A program made the translations under genes and the position numbers. Positions 43,488-59,499 of a DNA stretch of 64,000 nucleotides are shown here, one piece after another (within the stretch, counting starts at the first letter, position 1; each line of letters opens with the position of its first letter). Location: the NCBI RefSeq assembly GCF_009914755.1, contig NC_060925.1, one strand, 5' to 3'. The stretch is from the human T2T-CHM13v2.0 reference genome, Homo sapiens. Under the pieces are notes generated by a model. It made no database searches. It worked only from the letters and a program-made list of their open reading frames with translations, and was not told where the DNA came from.

Positions 43488-45193
43488 TTACCTGAGCAAT
43501 TCTGTTCCTTTATGTCCCGTTGTCCCATAGCCAATATCCCCACAGAGGAGGGAAACCCCCAGGGAAGGTTCCTGAAATGAGACTTGGACTTCTTGGTTTG
43601 GAGTTTATGGCAGAACCTCTATCTTGGCTGAGATATTTTATTTACTCCAAGAAAAAAAAAAGATTGTTTTTCCTGAAAGAGGAAAATCTCAAGTCATTTC
43701 CATAAAAAGGTCCACCTCCTCCTCTGAGCCACAGAGCAGACTCCTTAGCACAGCCTGGCTCATGGTCCAAGTGTAAATGAGTCAGTCCCCACTGGCTCTC
43801 TCCATAGTCCGGGGTATGTCTTTAATTAAGGGGACAATTGCTTGGCTCAAGGGCTGGGGCTTCCAGCCAAGAGGTCCGCCCTCTGGCAGATCCAAGATGT
43901 CCTGCGAATCTTCTCTAAGCGTATCCCAGCGTCAGGCCTCTTTGTTTTCTCTTACCAAAAGGCACAAGGTGTGGGCAAACTGGAATAAGGCAAGGGGGGG
44001 TGAGTGGAAACACCTTCTGTGATCGTATCTGGTCATTAGTGAGTGTTTTACCAAGAATCTGGAGTTGATAAGAGCAGAATCGTGCTGGACCAGAGCCCTT
44101 GAAATCAATATCATTCAGTTCTAGGAGGGTGCAGAGGCCAAAGCCTCATTTTATAGGGGCTCAGGGAAAGAAGTCTTCTCTTAAGGTCATGTAGAAAGCC
44201 AGTGACAGAATGCCTACACCAAGATTCTGGTCTCGTGTTGAGTTTAGTTCATTGGCTTCTTTGTCCAGTAGGCATTGACCCAGGGAACAAATTAGATGAT
44301 GGAGGCCTGGGCCAATGTGCTCGGCACTCAGTAGGTTCTTTTCCTGGCAGGCGGTTGTGTTCACACCAGCAGACTCATTCCCTTTCCTCCAAAATTGAGC
44401 TGCTTGTGTAGATATAGCCTTTGTCTATAGGTCAGTCGGTTGTTTGTTTCTGTCAGTCAAGCCACTGGGAGTAGAGTCTTTGAAAGGCTTTGTTATCTGC
44501 AAAGGCCTCTGTTGTTGCTGTTCCCAGGTGATCCCCAGAGTTGGGGACGAGTTGGATCCTGGGATGCTGAGGATGGGAGTGAATGCCTCTGAGGTTTGGA
44601 CGCTTGATGATTAAAGTGCTGGGCATTTCCTGGGCCTGCTGGGTCACCAGGAGGGTTGGCAGCATCTCCCCCAGGTTATCTCTAGAAGAGAAGCAGGGCC
44701 TAGACACCCAGGAACCATGGGGGAAACAAGGATGTGGAGAGGGCTGGAGTGCTTCTCTCTCCTCGAAGCCCACTGAGAAGCTGGGGATGCAAGATTGCTG
44801 GGTGGCAGAGAGGGTTATGCTCATATACACGGAGCCACTTCCCCAGCCCCTCAGCCAGGACCACTGAGCCCCTGCTAAAGGTAACCTGTGGATCATGGTG
44901 AGGGCCCAGGGAAACAGTTGCAAGTCCTCATATTGTGAGCACAATCAGAGGCCTGTGACATTAAAATGACAGCAAGGTCTGGTAGGGAAGTGGGGCCTGA
45001 GGCTGCTGACCTCCTATGCATCGCGGGGTGGCTCACTCCAAAGTGGGTGCCTTGGAACCTGGTGCATGGGAACCTGGGCATGTAGGGCATGTACCTTTCC
45101 CCCAGGTACTCTATCCAGGGACATCACGGATACACTATAGTAGAAGGTGGGGCTGGGCCAGAACAGGTACAGTGGGGACACTGAGGTTGTGGG

Positions 45194-45194
<1 letters not shown>

Positions 45195-45224
<30 letters not shown>

Positions 45225-45228
45225 TGTG
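45195..45228. repeat. (TG)n microsatellite
   Basis: Seen directly in the sequence. Confidence 0.93.
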
Positions 45229-45939
45229 AGTATGTTAGGGGCACGTCTCGCCTCTCAGCATCTCCAGTATTGTGTGTAGATGTTAAGGTTAAGGGCATAA
45301 GGTCCAGAACCAGACTACTCAGGTTCAAATCCTGCCTCTGCCATTTACTAGTTGTAGGACCTTAAGCAAGTCACTCTACTTCTCTGTGCCTCCGTTTTCT
45401 CATCCATAAAATGGGGATAACCTACCTTATAGGGTTGTTGTGAGGATTAAATTCATGAGAATGCTGACATCTAGTATTAGTAGAAGAAATGCTGGCTCTT
45501 ATTTGTGTTATTTTGCACAAGAATACTTCCTGCCAGTCTGTCTTCTGAGTCTTATGACTGGGGTCAGTGGCAGCTCCACAAGGGCACACGGCTTTTGCCT
45601 CATTTCAGAGGTGGCCTGGTGGGTGCGGGGAGCATGGTCCAGCAGAGTGAGCCCAGGCTTGTGCAGCCAAGTAGACCTGGGTTCAAAGCCACTTACAAGG
45701 TAGATGACCTTGGTCAGCTGACCTCACATCACCACGCTTCAGTTTTCTCATCTGTAAGATGGGGACAATTCTTACCTCATAGAGAAGTTGAGAGAATTAG
45801 ATGACAGAGCATCATGAAATGTCATGAAAGCTCCTCCCTCACTGCCTGCCAGGAGTTAATGATTCTTGATGTGGGTTTGTTCCTTTTTGCTGTTCAGAAT
45901 GTCTGTGACAGACCCAGCAATCTAACTTTTGGGTCTAAG

Positions 45940-46610
45940 GTTGAAGAAACCTTTGCACGTCCATGTTCACGGCAGCATTGTTCACAATAGCCAAGATGTG
46001 GAAATAATCCAAGTGTCTGTGAACAGATTAATGGATCAAGAAGATGTGTATACACACACGCGTACACACAAACGTGCACATACAACAAAATACTATTCAG
46101 CCTTTAAAAAGGAAATCTTGCCGTTCTGACAATGAGGATGAACCTGGAGGACATTATGCTAAATGAAATAAACCAGGCACAGAAAGGCAGACACTGTATG
46201 ATCTCACTCATACATAGAATCTAAAAAAGTTGAACTCATAGAAGCAGAGAGTAGAATGGTGGTTACCAGCGCCTAGGGTGGGCGGGAGGGGATGTTGGGG
46301 AGATGTTGATCAAAGGGCACAACATTTCAGTTTGATAGGAAGAATAAGTTCAAGAGATTTATTGTACAACATGATAACTATAGTTAATAATGCTGTATTG
46401 GCTACTTGAAGTTTGCTAAGAGAGTAGATCTTAAAGTGCTCAGCACACACAACAAAAACATGGTAACTATGTGAGGGATAGATATGTTAGTTAGCTGGAT
46501 TGTGATAATCATTTTACAATGTACAATGTACATCAAAACACCATGTCATAAACCCTAAATATACGTACTTCTATTTGTCAAAAAAGCGTTATTAATTTCT
46601 TTAAAAAAGA
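45940..46610 (+). mobile_element. L1M (L1MA/MB) 3' end
   Basis: gcagcattgttcacaatagccaag; gaacctggaggacattatgctaaatgaaataa; gaagcagagagtagaatggtggttacca. Confidence 0.9.
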
Positions 46611-48605
46611 GAATGGTTATGACAGAATTGGATGTTCAGTTTACCTGTCTTTCTTTAACTAAGATGATCGGATGGCAGTAATAACTTCAATAATAGTTAT
46701 AACCCCTATGTATAGTACTACATTGAATACACATTGCTTATGCTTATCATACAGGTATCCATCGCAACAGCCTGTGAAGTATGTGATATCATTATCCTCA
46801 TTTTATAGATAAAGAAACTGAGGCACCTAGAGAAGACAAGTGGCTGCTGAGAAGGTATTTGGGCAGATTTTGCCAGGGGAACTCCTTTCTAGCCAAGGAG
46901 AGGCCGTGGCTCGCTTGGGTCTGGGGGGCCTCTGTGCTTATGTAAATGGATGAGTGCTAATCGCTTTGCTAATGGGAAACACACAGGGAGATAGGATCTG
47001 CAGCAAAGCGGAAGGGCTTTCAGAAAATTAGAGCTGGGAAAAACCCCAAAGAAATCTGGGAAGATGATAAGGCAATGCCCAAGAACTCACAGCAGCGCTG
47101 TGGGAGGGTGGGCTCTGGGGCAGAGGGGAGCTCCTGAAGCATCAGCCAGTCCTGGAGACTCAAGTCCAAGGGAGGCAGGGCTGTGAGTAGTCATCCAGCT
47201 GCCTTGGGCCCAGAGCAGCTTGAAGAGCAGATTCCATCTCCTTGAGCCAGGCCCACTTGCTGGGCAGCCTCGCCCAGAATTCCTGGACAATTCCTCTTTG
47301 CTTTGCCCTATGCTGGGTTCTGGTATCACACAGCCACATCTAAACCCTGCGTCCCAGGAGAAGAGTTCAGCCAGAGTGAGTACCTCAGATCTAGAGCCAG
47401 ATGATCTGGGTTCAAAATCTCATTTCTGTCACTTACTAGCTGTGTGATGTTGGGCAAGTTACTCAACCTCTCTGTGCTGCAGTTTTCTCGTCTGTAAACT
47501 GAAGATGTTATATGATAGCAATGATGCTGTAGTGATGATTAAGTTAATTAATCCATGTAGGTTGCTTAGAAGAGTAGCTGAGACATAACAAGAACTGGAT
47601 ACATGATAGATATTGGTGTTATTATTTTAAGAAGATTGTACAATTTGACCAAGCCCTTCTCTTGCTTAAATCCTTTCTGTAGCATCCTGTTGCCCTCAGG
47701 CTCAAATGCATCCTCAGTACTGTGGTCTACATATGGCCCTGCTCATGCTCCAGCTTCATTCCTCTCTGACCTCTACCTTTCAGCCACCCTCAGTGATCTG
47801 TGCTTTCCTGAGTGTCCCACTTTCTTTCCTCTGGGCCTTTGCATATGATGTTCCCTTGGCTTGGAATTCCTTCTTTCAAAGGGTACCCCTTGCCATGTGT
47901 TTGGCTATTCCTGAGGGAGCTTTATTTCTGAAGCCCAACAGATATCGATGCCTTCCTCTGGTCTTCCATGGCCTCATATGTCCCACTATTTCAGGATGTA
48001 GCACTGCGCTGCAATTGTTCAGGGCCTGTCCCTCTGCTTGGGTCACCTCTCCGAATCCAATGCCCAGAGCAGATCCTGACCCAGACGAGGCTTGATAAAT
48101 GTTTGCTGAATGACTTTAGAGGGGGCAAAAATAAATATACCAAGCTGTCTGTCCTGAGGTCCCATCCAGCTTCTATAGAAGGTACAACACAAATCTAAGG
48201 ACATGACAGCTTGACAGGCAGTGGAGGGTGGTGGTGATAAGAACAGGCTCTTGAGGCAAGCAGCATGGGGATTTGCAAGCTGTGTGATTTTGGACAAATT
48301 GCATAACCTATCTAAGCTTCAGTTTCTTCCCTGGTAAATGGGAAGAATAACAGACACTTGAGCATGAAATGAAAAAATGATGTAAAGCACTTTACACTAC
48401 ACAAGGCACATATCTGGCACATAGTAAAGGCCACTGGATGCTGACCATCTACTTCCTCATCACTGTGATGCATGCCCAAATCTGCTGACCACATGTGCTG
48501 CCTTCCCAGGCACTACCTCTGACCTGGAGGCAGCAGCCACTTGTGGGAACCTGGGTCCAGAGGTTGTCAACCATCTCTCTGGGTACGACCCTCAGCTTCT
48601 CGAGT

Positions 48606-48992
<387 letters not shown>

Positions 48993-49404
48993 TCAGGACC
49001 CAACTATTTCCAGAGATCGCTTCTGGGGTTTGGATTCTAAAGCTTGGTCCCATGGTTGTCGAATTTGTATGATTAAAGCCACATTGTGCATGGACAAATG
49101 CCAGCATTCATTCATTCATTCATTCACTTATTCATTCAACATTTTTTGAGCATTTGCTAAGTGCCTGGTATTGACGATACCAAGACTAATATAACACTGT
49201 GTGCCTGCCCTCAAATTGCTCACTATCTGGAGAAGCAGGCAGAGATGCACACAGACATTAAAGACCAAGTTGGAAGGGATTGTGAAGAGGCCGGGATGTA
49301 GACGTGGTAGCACCAACAGGGATACTCAACAGCCCCTGAGCCCTTTCTCTCTATCAGGTACAATGCTAAGGGGTCTTCATACCTACCTCCAGGGTTCTTG
49401 TAAG

Positions 49405-49438
<34 letters not shown>

Positions 49439-49562
49439 GTCACTTTTAAATATATATAAACTATATAGATATAGTATATATATGTACTATAACTTTATAT
49501 ATAAAGTTATTTAGTTCTTACTTACAAGAACCTTGGAGGTAGGTATGAATGTGGTACTTAGC

Positions 49563-50039
49563 TGAATTAGTTTCCTATTGCTGTAACAAATTACTGTAAA
49601 CTTAGCGGCTTTAAACAACCTAAATTTATCATCTTACAGTTTGGAGTTCAGAAGTCCAAAACAAGTTTCACTGGACTAAGGTCAAGGTGTTAGCTGGGCT
49701 GTTGCTTCTAGAGACTCTGAGGAATAATCTATTTTCTTACCTTGTTTAACTTCTAGGGGCCACCTGCATTCCTTGGCTTGTGGCCCCTGCATCTCTCCAA
49801 TCTCTGCTTCTATCATCACATCTCCTGGTCTCACTGTGACCTTCCTGCCTCCCTCTTATAGGGACCCTTGTGATTACACTGGGCCCACCCTGATAATCCA
49901 TGATAATCTCTCCATCTGAGATCCTTCATTTAATCACATCTGCAAAGTCCCTTTCACCATGTAAGGTAACATATTCACAGACTCTGAGGATGAGGATGTG
50001 GACATCTTGAGGGTGGGGAGCATTATTCGGCCTCCCACA
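49563..50039. mobile_element. Solo MaLR LTR (MLT1C/D-like) inserted in a MIR
   Basis: TG...CA ends and MLT1 hallmarks (gctgtaacaaattac, ttaatcacatctgcaaagtccc, aggatgtggacatctt). The MIR core resumes at ~50040 (catcttgcagatgagaaaac). Confidence 0.85.
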
Positions 50040-51454
50040 CCATCTTGCAGATGAGAAAACTAAGACTTACAAAGGTCAAGGAACTTGCCTAAAGTTCTAC
50101 AGCCAGTAACTGGCAAGTCCCGCCCTCTTTGGATTTGAGCCTCCAGCTCTTAACCTCAAACAAGAAGACTGCTGGTGCAGGTGAACCTTGAACTAGGTTT
50201 TGAAGAATGAATCAGAGTTAAAAAAAGGTGTGTCCAGTGGAGGAATGGTGTATGCAAAAGCAAGCTGAGCACTGGGTGTGCTTTGGTACCATAAAATGCT
50301 CAGATTCGCTGGGGGTGCAGGGAGGTGAGACAAGACAGGTAGGCAGGGTCTGGATGGTGGAAAGCCGCCTAGAGCAGGCTACAATGTTTGCAGTTGAATT
50401 GAAAGATGTGAAAAACCATTGGAGGATTTCACCTGTATGTCCTGGGTAATCCCTTCCCCTTTCTGACCCTCAGTTTCCAGCTCCTCTGCCCTGATCTGCT
50501 TTTTCCCTCCCCACTGTCCCTTTGTCCCCTCCCTTCTCACCCCCTTGCTGCCAGGCCTGGTCCCATCCATCCCTGGGCAGGAATGAGGGCTGGGTGAACT
50601 GCCCCCTTCCCCCATCCCCAGGACAGCGACGGTTTCCAAATATCTGTCTGTTGAAATAATGTTCTCTGGGCACTGGGCCTCCCTCCCTCCCTCACATTCC
50701 TGGGCGAGCCGGCCTGTTTGGCTTGCTCGGACAAATATTGACTTTCTCTGTCCTTCTCACTCTGGGTCTGTTTAAAAGGCATCAATCTTTGCCGGGGTGT
50801 GAGCTCCCTCTCCGTAACCTGTGGCCTCTGCGGTCCTATTCGGGCAGGGAGTGGTAGGGGAGGGGCTCACAGGCTCTGGGGATACCCCTTTCTTGCTTGG
50901 CTGCACTATAGAGGCTTTTGGTGCAATGCTGTTCCTTGTCAGCTGCTTTCCACGCGGTCCTGCGTGGGGCCTAACAGCCCACTTATGGAGCCTCTACTTG
51001 AGGGTCAGGTCTATGCCCGTGGCATGTGCACTGAGACCTTCATACACATTTCTCTAGACTCCTCAATAACCAGGCAGGAAACCCTGCTGATTCTACCCTC
51101 AAACAATTATTCATCATCCAACCACTTCTCAGCCTCCACCGCTACCCTCCAGGTCCCAGACACCATCATCTCCTGGATCTGACTCCTGGATTATTAAGTT
51201 AACTTCCTAAATTCTGCCCCACTTCCCTTCAGTCTGTTGTCAATTTTGGAGCCAGAGGGATGGGTGAACATGTTGGTTAGCCTGGCTTAGACCCCCCAGC
51301 TCCCCTCCCCTCCTCTTGCTCCTCCTCTCTCCCTTTGGGCCTCAGGGTTTTTCCTCCCACCTGAAAAACTTTGCACGAAACTGTTCTCTCTGCCTGGAAC
51401 GGTCTTCCCAGATCTGGTAGATTCCCTCCCTTACCTCTTAGTAAAATGTTTCTC

Positions 51455-51909
<455 letters not shown>

Positions 51910-52829
51910 TTAATTGTGTGTTTTGTTTACTGTCTGTTTCTCTGGAGGGCAGGGCTTTTTGTCTGCTTCATTCACGGCTGCGTCCACACCTAGAGCAGCA
52001 GATGTGTGAATCCCCATTTCGTGGGTGAGAGTTAGTAGGGGTTATGGTGTAACAGCTTTTATTTATTACTCACTTTTTGAGTTTCTTCTATTTATCATTC
52101 ACTTCACAGACTCTAGCTTGCCAGTGCTCGCAACAACCAATCCATAAGGTGGGCCTGGCTATGGTCACCCTTACATGGGCAAAGAAAACCAAGGCAGTGA
52201 TGATGGTGTAGGGATTGGTCCTGGCTGGACTGCCACCCAAAGTCCCTCTTCCTGCCTCGCCAGCTGCACCCAAACTGGGTGCGCGTGTGCCACAAAAATG
52301 CCAGGATAGGGTGAGCTGGTGTCCAAGCCTGTGAACCTTCACCACCCCTCACCTCTTGGCCTCTCCATCTGTTGCCAGGACTTGCTGATGCATGAGCTCA
52401 GACTCATCTTGGCCGATCTTGTCCCAGAGCTTTTGGCCGGGCCTCTTCTCTTTCAGCTTCTCCTTGCTTCAAGTCTCTCTCTCTGCCTCTATCTCTATTC
52501 ATTGCTCTCTGTCTGCTTCTGTCTCTCTGTCTCACTCTATCTCTTTCTCTCTCTCTGTCTCGGGATCATCCCACCCACACTGCTGCCCCATGCATTGCCC
52601 TAAGACCTCCCCTCCATCCTCTTTTGCCCTTTGCTGATCTTCCTCCTGGATTTGAAAGCACTGTGTGATCTGGCTTCAGGAGACTCCCCATCCCCATCCT
52701 TCTCTCTCAATGCAGGCTGGCTCCACTGTTTCCCCCATCCACCCTATAGTCATTCCTACCTCTGACTTTGGGATGCCATCTCCTATTTTCTCAATCTAGC
52801 TAAATAACCCTCCCCTACCTTTCATGTTG

Positions 52830-53350
52830 AACAAATCAGAAGAACAGAACAATAAGAATCATACAACAAATACTCCTATGCACTTCATCTAGATCCACCA
52901 ATCATTAACATATTTCCTCTCTCTCTTCTTTCCTTCCCTGCATCCCTCCTTCCTCCTCACCTCTCTCTCTTCATTTGTGAGTAACAGACCTCACCCCTCA
53001 AATTTCAGCATGCATCTCTTTAAAAAAGGACATTCTCCTCTATAACCACAATATAATTGTTGCCCTAAAATTTTAACTTTGATGCTATATACTATTATAT
53101 AATACATGGCCTGTTTCCAAGTTTTCCCAATTTTGTAAATAATGTCCTCTAGAACATTTTGTTTTAGTTGTCATGTCTCTTTAGCTGCCATTAATCTCAA
53201 ACAATTTCTCAGCCTCTTTTTGGGGTCATCTTTCATGATATGGACATTTTTGAAGAGTCTAGATTGGTTATTTAGCAAAATGTCCCTTGATTTAGACTTT
53301 TTGAGTGTTTCTTCATTACTAGTTTCAGGTTAAGCATTTTTGGCGGAAAT
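52830..53350. mobile_element. Old L1M (L1MC/ME-like) fragment
   Basis: AT-rich segment with aaggacattctcctctataaccacaata and tttagttgtcatgtctctttag. Confidence 0.65.
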
Positions 53351-53793
53351 ACTCTCCTCCCTGTCTCCAGCCTCTCTCTCCCTGGGATGATCCCACCCAC
53401 AGGCTGCCCCATGCTTCCTAAATCCTTCCGGGGCTTCTCCACCGAGGCCCAGCCCCACCTGCTGGGTCGGCAAGAAGTCCTGCTCTGGCACCCAGGGACT
53501 GGAATGGGAGGAGCTGGGGAGGCTGCCCTGTCCTGCTCATTGGGAAGATAAGAGGGGGTCCTTCATCTGGAGAGACTCTGGAAGCAATGGTTTGCTCTTC
53601 AGATGGTTTTTGGCAGCAGAAACTTCTGTTCAGACACATCTTACATGGAAAAGCAATGAAGACTGGCCCTTCTCTTATTGAAGGATGTGTGTGTGGATGC
53701 ATATGTGTGTTCATGTTTGTGTTCACCGGCAAGTTTGTTCTTGAGCTTGAGTTCTGAAACTCTGGGTTCTCAGGTTCCCTCTCTGTTTCATCA

Positions 53794-54102
<309 letters not shown>

Positions 54103-56654
54103 AGAACTCTTAGGGCCCCACTGATCCAAAGAAGCTGAACCCTACCAACATCCACGGGACTTACTGCATGCTGGCCTGGTGCTAGGACTGGGAAGGGATT
54201 GAGGGTGGGTAGTGCAGTGGCAAAGCACACTGGTTTTGTAGTCAGATAGATCTTACCCGGTTTATTTCTGCTGTATAGTTCTGAGTAAGTACTTCACCTC
54301 TCTAAGCCTCAGTTTTGTACTCTGTAAAATAGGGATAATAATAGTATCTACTTCTTTTGAAGTAGAAATGTGAAGATGAAATGTAATAATGCGCTTGAAG
54401 GCCTGGCACATAATAGACAGATGCCTCCATGTGGAGTGAGGAGAGGCGGGAGAGGCTTCCAAAGGATGGGATGCTGGACTGCCCCAGCTGGCAGGTGGAG
54501 GCTCAGGAGCAAATTGTCAGAACAGTTGTTTCTGACACACAGAGGCTTGTTAGTTTCTATCCAAGCCTGTCATTCTGCGGTAGGTAATCAAGTGGGGCTT
54601 TGATGGTGGATGTAGTGGATTAGGGCTGGGAGGAGTTTCCAGGCCCAGCCCTTGGCAGTGACTTGGGGGAGGAGAGACTTTCAGAGCCCAGTGTGGGAGC
54701 AGGAAGGCAAGGAGCCCTAATTCACACCAGCCTCTGCCTTGGTGCTTACCTCACTCTGTGCCTGGAGGCCACAGGAGCTTGTCCAGATGTGGGAGACGAA
54801 GTGGTCCCATAACTCGGTCACTGGGGGGTTTGAATTCTAGTCTTGGCTCAACCAGTGACTGTGTGTGTGAACCATAGTGCCACTCCCTGCTTCCCAGCCT
54901 ACTTTCTCATCTGTAAATTGTATGTGTGATTGTGTTTGGATTCATTTATTCATTTATCAATATTAGTTGAGCACCTACTATGTACTAGATTCTGGGATAT
55001 AGTGATGAACTGTGGAGACAAGGTCCCAACCCTTATAGAACTTACATTTCAATGGGAGATTTACACAATTAGTAATCAGAACTGTGATGAATGCTGCAAA
55101 GGAGAGGTGCAGAATGCCCTGAGATTGACTGGTGATGGTAGGGGGCTGTCAGGGAAGGCATTCTTGAGAATGTGACACCTGAGCGAGGCCTGAAGGGCAT
55201 GTGGGAGTTGGTTATGCCAAGGGAAGGAAGGGATGTATATGGAAGGGCAGGAGAGAGCTCTAGGCAGAGGAAATGTATGTATAAGTGTCCTGGGGCAGAG
55301 AGATTCCAAATGATTTACAAGGCTCTGCCATGTGAGGGTCCTTGACATACCCTCCCTGGCTCATTTGACTCACGGTAAGATGGGAAGCTCTCATTTGACT
55401 CACAGCAGATGGGAAGCTCAGACTCAGCCTTCATTTCCTCTGTTCTCTGTGGCCCCAGAGAGTGGGAGGAACAGACAGGAAGCTGCAGAGGGAAGTTCTA
55501 TTCCCTTCTAAAGCCCCATTAGTATATTCCTTGTATTTTGGGTCCTCTCTCCCATTCCCCTACTCTCATAATGACACATGTATTGCCATAGTTGGGTTTT
55601 TCTTATTTATTCTCCTCTCCTGCTGGCTCTTCCTCCCTTCTTCTTAGCAATGTTGGGAAAAATTTAGTTTAAAAAATTGTTCAAAAAGACTTTTTTTGCC
55701 TGTAATCTGTGTCAAACTACCTTATTTCAGTGTAGGTGACCCCCCCCCACCCAAACCCTTGGAAAGCAAAAATGAAGTGTGTGTGTATATGGAGGCTGTC
55801 TTCCATGAAGTCACGGCCTCCATAAGGCCCCAAGGAAATCTTACTTAGTTCTGAGCGTTGATAGGGAGACATGGCAAAGGCTGGGGTGGGTGAAGGCAGT
55901 GACAAGAAGGGGTGGTGACGGTTACAATCAGAAGGCTGCAGGTTGGAGAACCTAGCCCTCAGCTCTGCTCTGGCTTTGCAGGTAGCATGTAGATGGCAGG
56001 AGAAAAGGCTTTGGAGAGGCCCTCCTGACCTTAAGTCCTCCTTGGCCAGTCCTGGCTATGATTTCCCTCAGGGCTCATCTGGAAGGGGAGTAGGGAATTG
56101 TCTTAAGCTGGCTGGTTACAAGGCACTGCTTGTACCCTGGAGTTGGACGCTGAGAGAAAACTACTCTTGTAGGCCCCTAATGGCACCCGAGGGACTGGGG
56201 GCTGTTGACCGAAGCCTCACTATGCTGTTCCACATGACCAAGCAGGCTGAGGATGGCCCATGCAGCTGAGTGGCCCTACAGTGCCAGGTTGGAAGCAGAC
56301 AACTGCCAGGGATGGATCTCATCCAGGAGGCTGAAGGGGAGAGAGGAAGCTGTGGGGTGTCTAAGTCCAGGAAGAGGGAGGATCCCGGGAGGAGGTAGTC
56401 CACGAATCTGGGTGTGAGGACCTCCAGGGGACTTGTCTGAAATGGATGTATGAAAAAATTGTCAGAATGATCTGAGGCTAAGGAGCAGGAAGACTTAGGC
56501 TCCACCAGCCTGGCGGGAAGGCAGATGGTTCTCCAAAGGCTGTGGCCAGTCCCAGAGCACACCGTGTGGAAAGAACGGCGACTCTTCCTCCAAGCTGCTT
56601 GAGTCTGTGCCATACGGATGGCTGCATTATTTCAGGTCCTTATAGTTCAGGCAG

Positions 56655-57215
56655 CCTAGCTCAGCACAGATTCTTTCAACTCAATAGATCAGCTCCACTC
56701 AGCCTGGCTACATGCACCTTCTCGCATCTGACCTCTACCCAGCTCTACTCAAGGAAGCTTGACTCAATATGACCCAACTCGACACAGATCAGAAACTCTG
56801 CACAGACTCTCTCCCTTCAATCCAATTCCATGAAGCCCTGTTTAACTCAACCTTACTCTGGACAATCCATCCCAACCCACCAAACTCAATCCAATTGACT
56901 CAATCTCACCCACATCTGTTCAACTCATTCAGAAGAAAACACTTTTTACAGTGCACGGGACATTTTCAACTCAACTCACCCTGAATTAAATCAGTATAAC
57001 CCAACCAATTTCAGCCCAACAGAACTCAACTACCTTAGCTCAGTTTATCCCAGTTTTATCTAGCCTGGTCCAAGTCATCTGTGACTAGTCCTGTACTGCC
57101 CTGTTTATTCCAGCCCAGTTCAAAACAACTCAGTCCAACTCGAATCAGCCCAGTTTGACTCAATTCAGCTCAGGTAAATTTTTCTGGACTTGATTTAATT
57201 TAGCTTAACCCTTCA
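56655..57215. repeat. Degenerate pentamer array (CTCAA/CTCAG/CCCAG/CCCAA)n
   Basis: Recurrent ~5-bp units such as TTCAACTCAACTCA and CAGCCCAGTTTGACTCAATTCAGCTCAG. Confidence 0.75.
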
Positions 57216-57219
57216 GTAA

Positions 57220-58630
<1,411 letters not shown>

Positions 58631-59499
58631 GGGTGGATTCAGCTCAGCATCATGCAAACTAATTAAACCTAATTAGGTTAATTAAACTCAATACATTTGA
58701 ATTCAGCTCAACTCTGACAAGACTTTTTTGGATCTTGCAGCCTCTGGAAAAAAAGGCTGCAATCCTACACTCTGAAGACTACAAGGTTTTCTTTACTTTC
58801 CTTAGCCTCAGTGAGCTTGTCTATAAAATGGGAATAGTAACACCTGCTTTGCCTCTTTTGTGGGTGTCGTGGGGATCGAGTTAGACTGTGAGTGTGAAAG
58901 CGCTGTGTATACAATCAAGTTCTGGGGTGACCTACTTGTCCTTGGTGCTGTGTGAGTGAGGAGGAGGGAGGGCAGACTGTGTGACTGCCATGGTCACTTC
59001 TGTTTATGACATTCCAAAAATCTGTGATTCTCTGAGAATATCTAAGACCCGGGCCTGAGAATGCTCTTAAACCTTTCCAGGGATGCTCAGTGGATCTAAG
59101 ACAAAGTCTAAAGCCCTCACCATGGCACACAAGGTCCTTATGGGTCTAGCCTCCCCATGCACTGCAGCCTCCTCTCTCCCCACTTGCTCCCTGGATCTCT
59201 GTGCCCAGCTCTGGCTGGACCACCTGTAGTCCTGTGTTCCCTCCTACCTTCTACCTTATTTCCTTCTCTGCTGCCTCTGGGTCTCTGCACCTTTGGTTTT
59301 TTCTGTCTAAACTCCAATTCCTTCCTGCTTTTTCTTTTCCTTTTTAAAATCTCAAGTAGGTGCCACAAGTTTACTTAATTGCCCTCCTTCTTATGACAAG
59401 CCATTATTATCCTCATCTTTTCTGCAAGGCCCAGTCTTGCTTTGTTGTATTCTATGATTTTCCTGTCCCTTCATTTCCCATCCCCCCTTCTCTTTCCCT

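Noticed and set aside
46935-46990. ATGTAAAT / TAATCG / TGGGAA motif group
   Set aside because: Short motifs with no spacing pattern; not distinguishable from chance.
56769-56984. 71-aa Gln/Asn/Leu/Ser-rich ORF inside the pentamer array
   Set aside because: Its composition follows from the CTCAA-type repeat, and a 5-bp period is not codon-phased.
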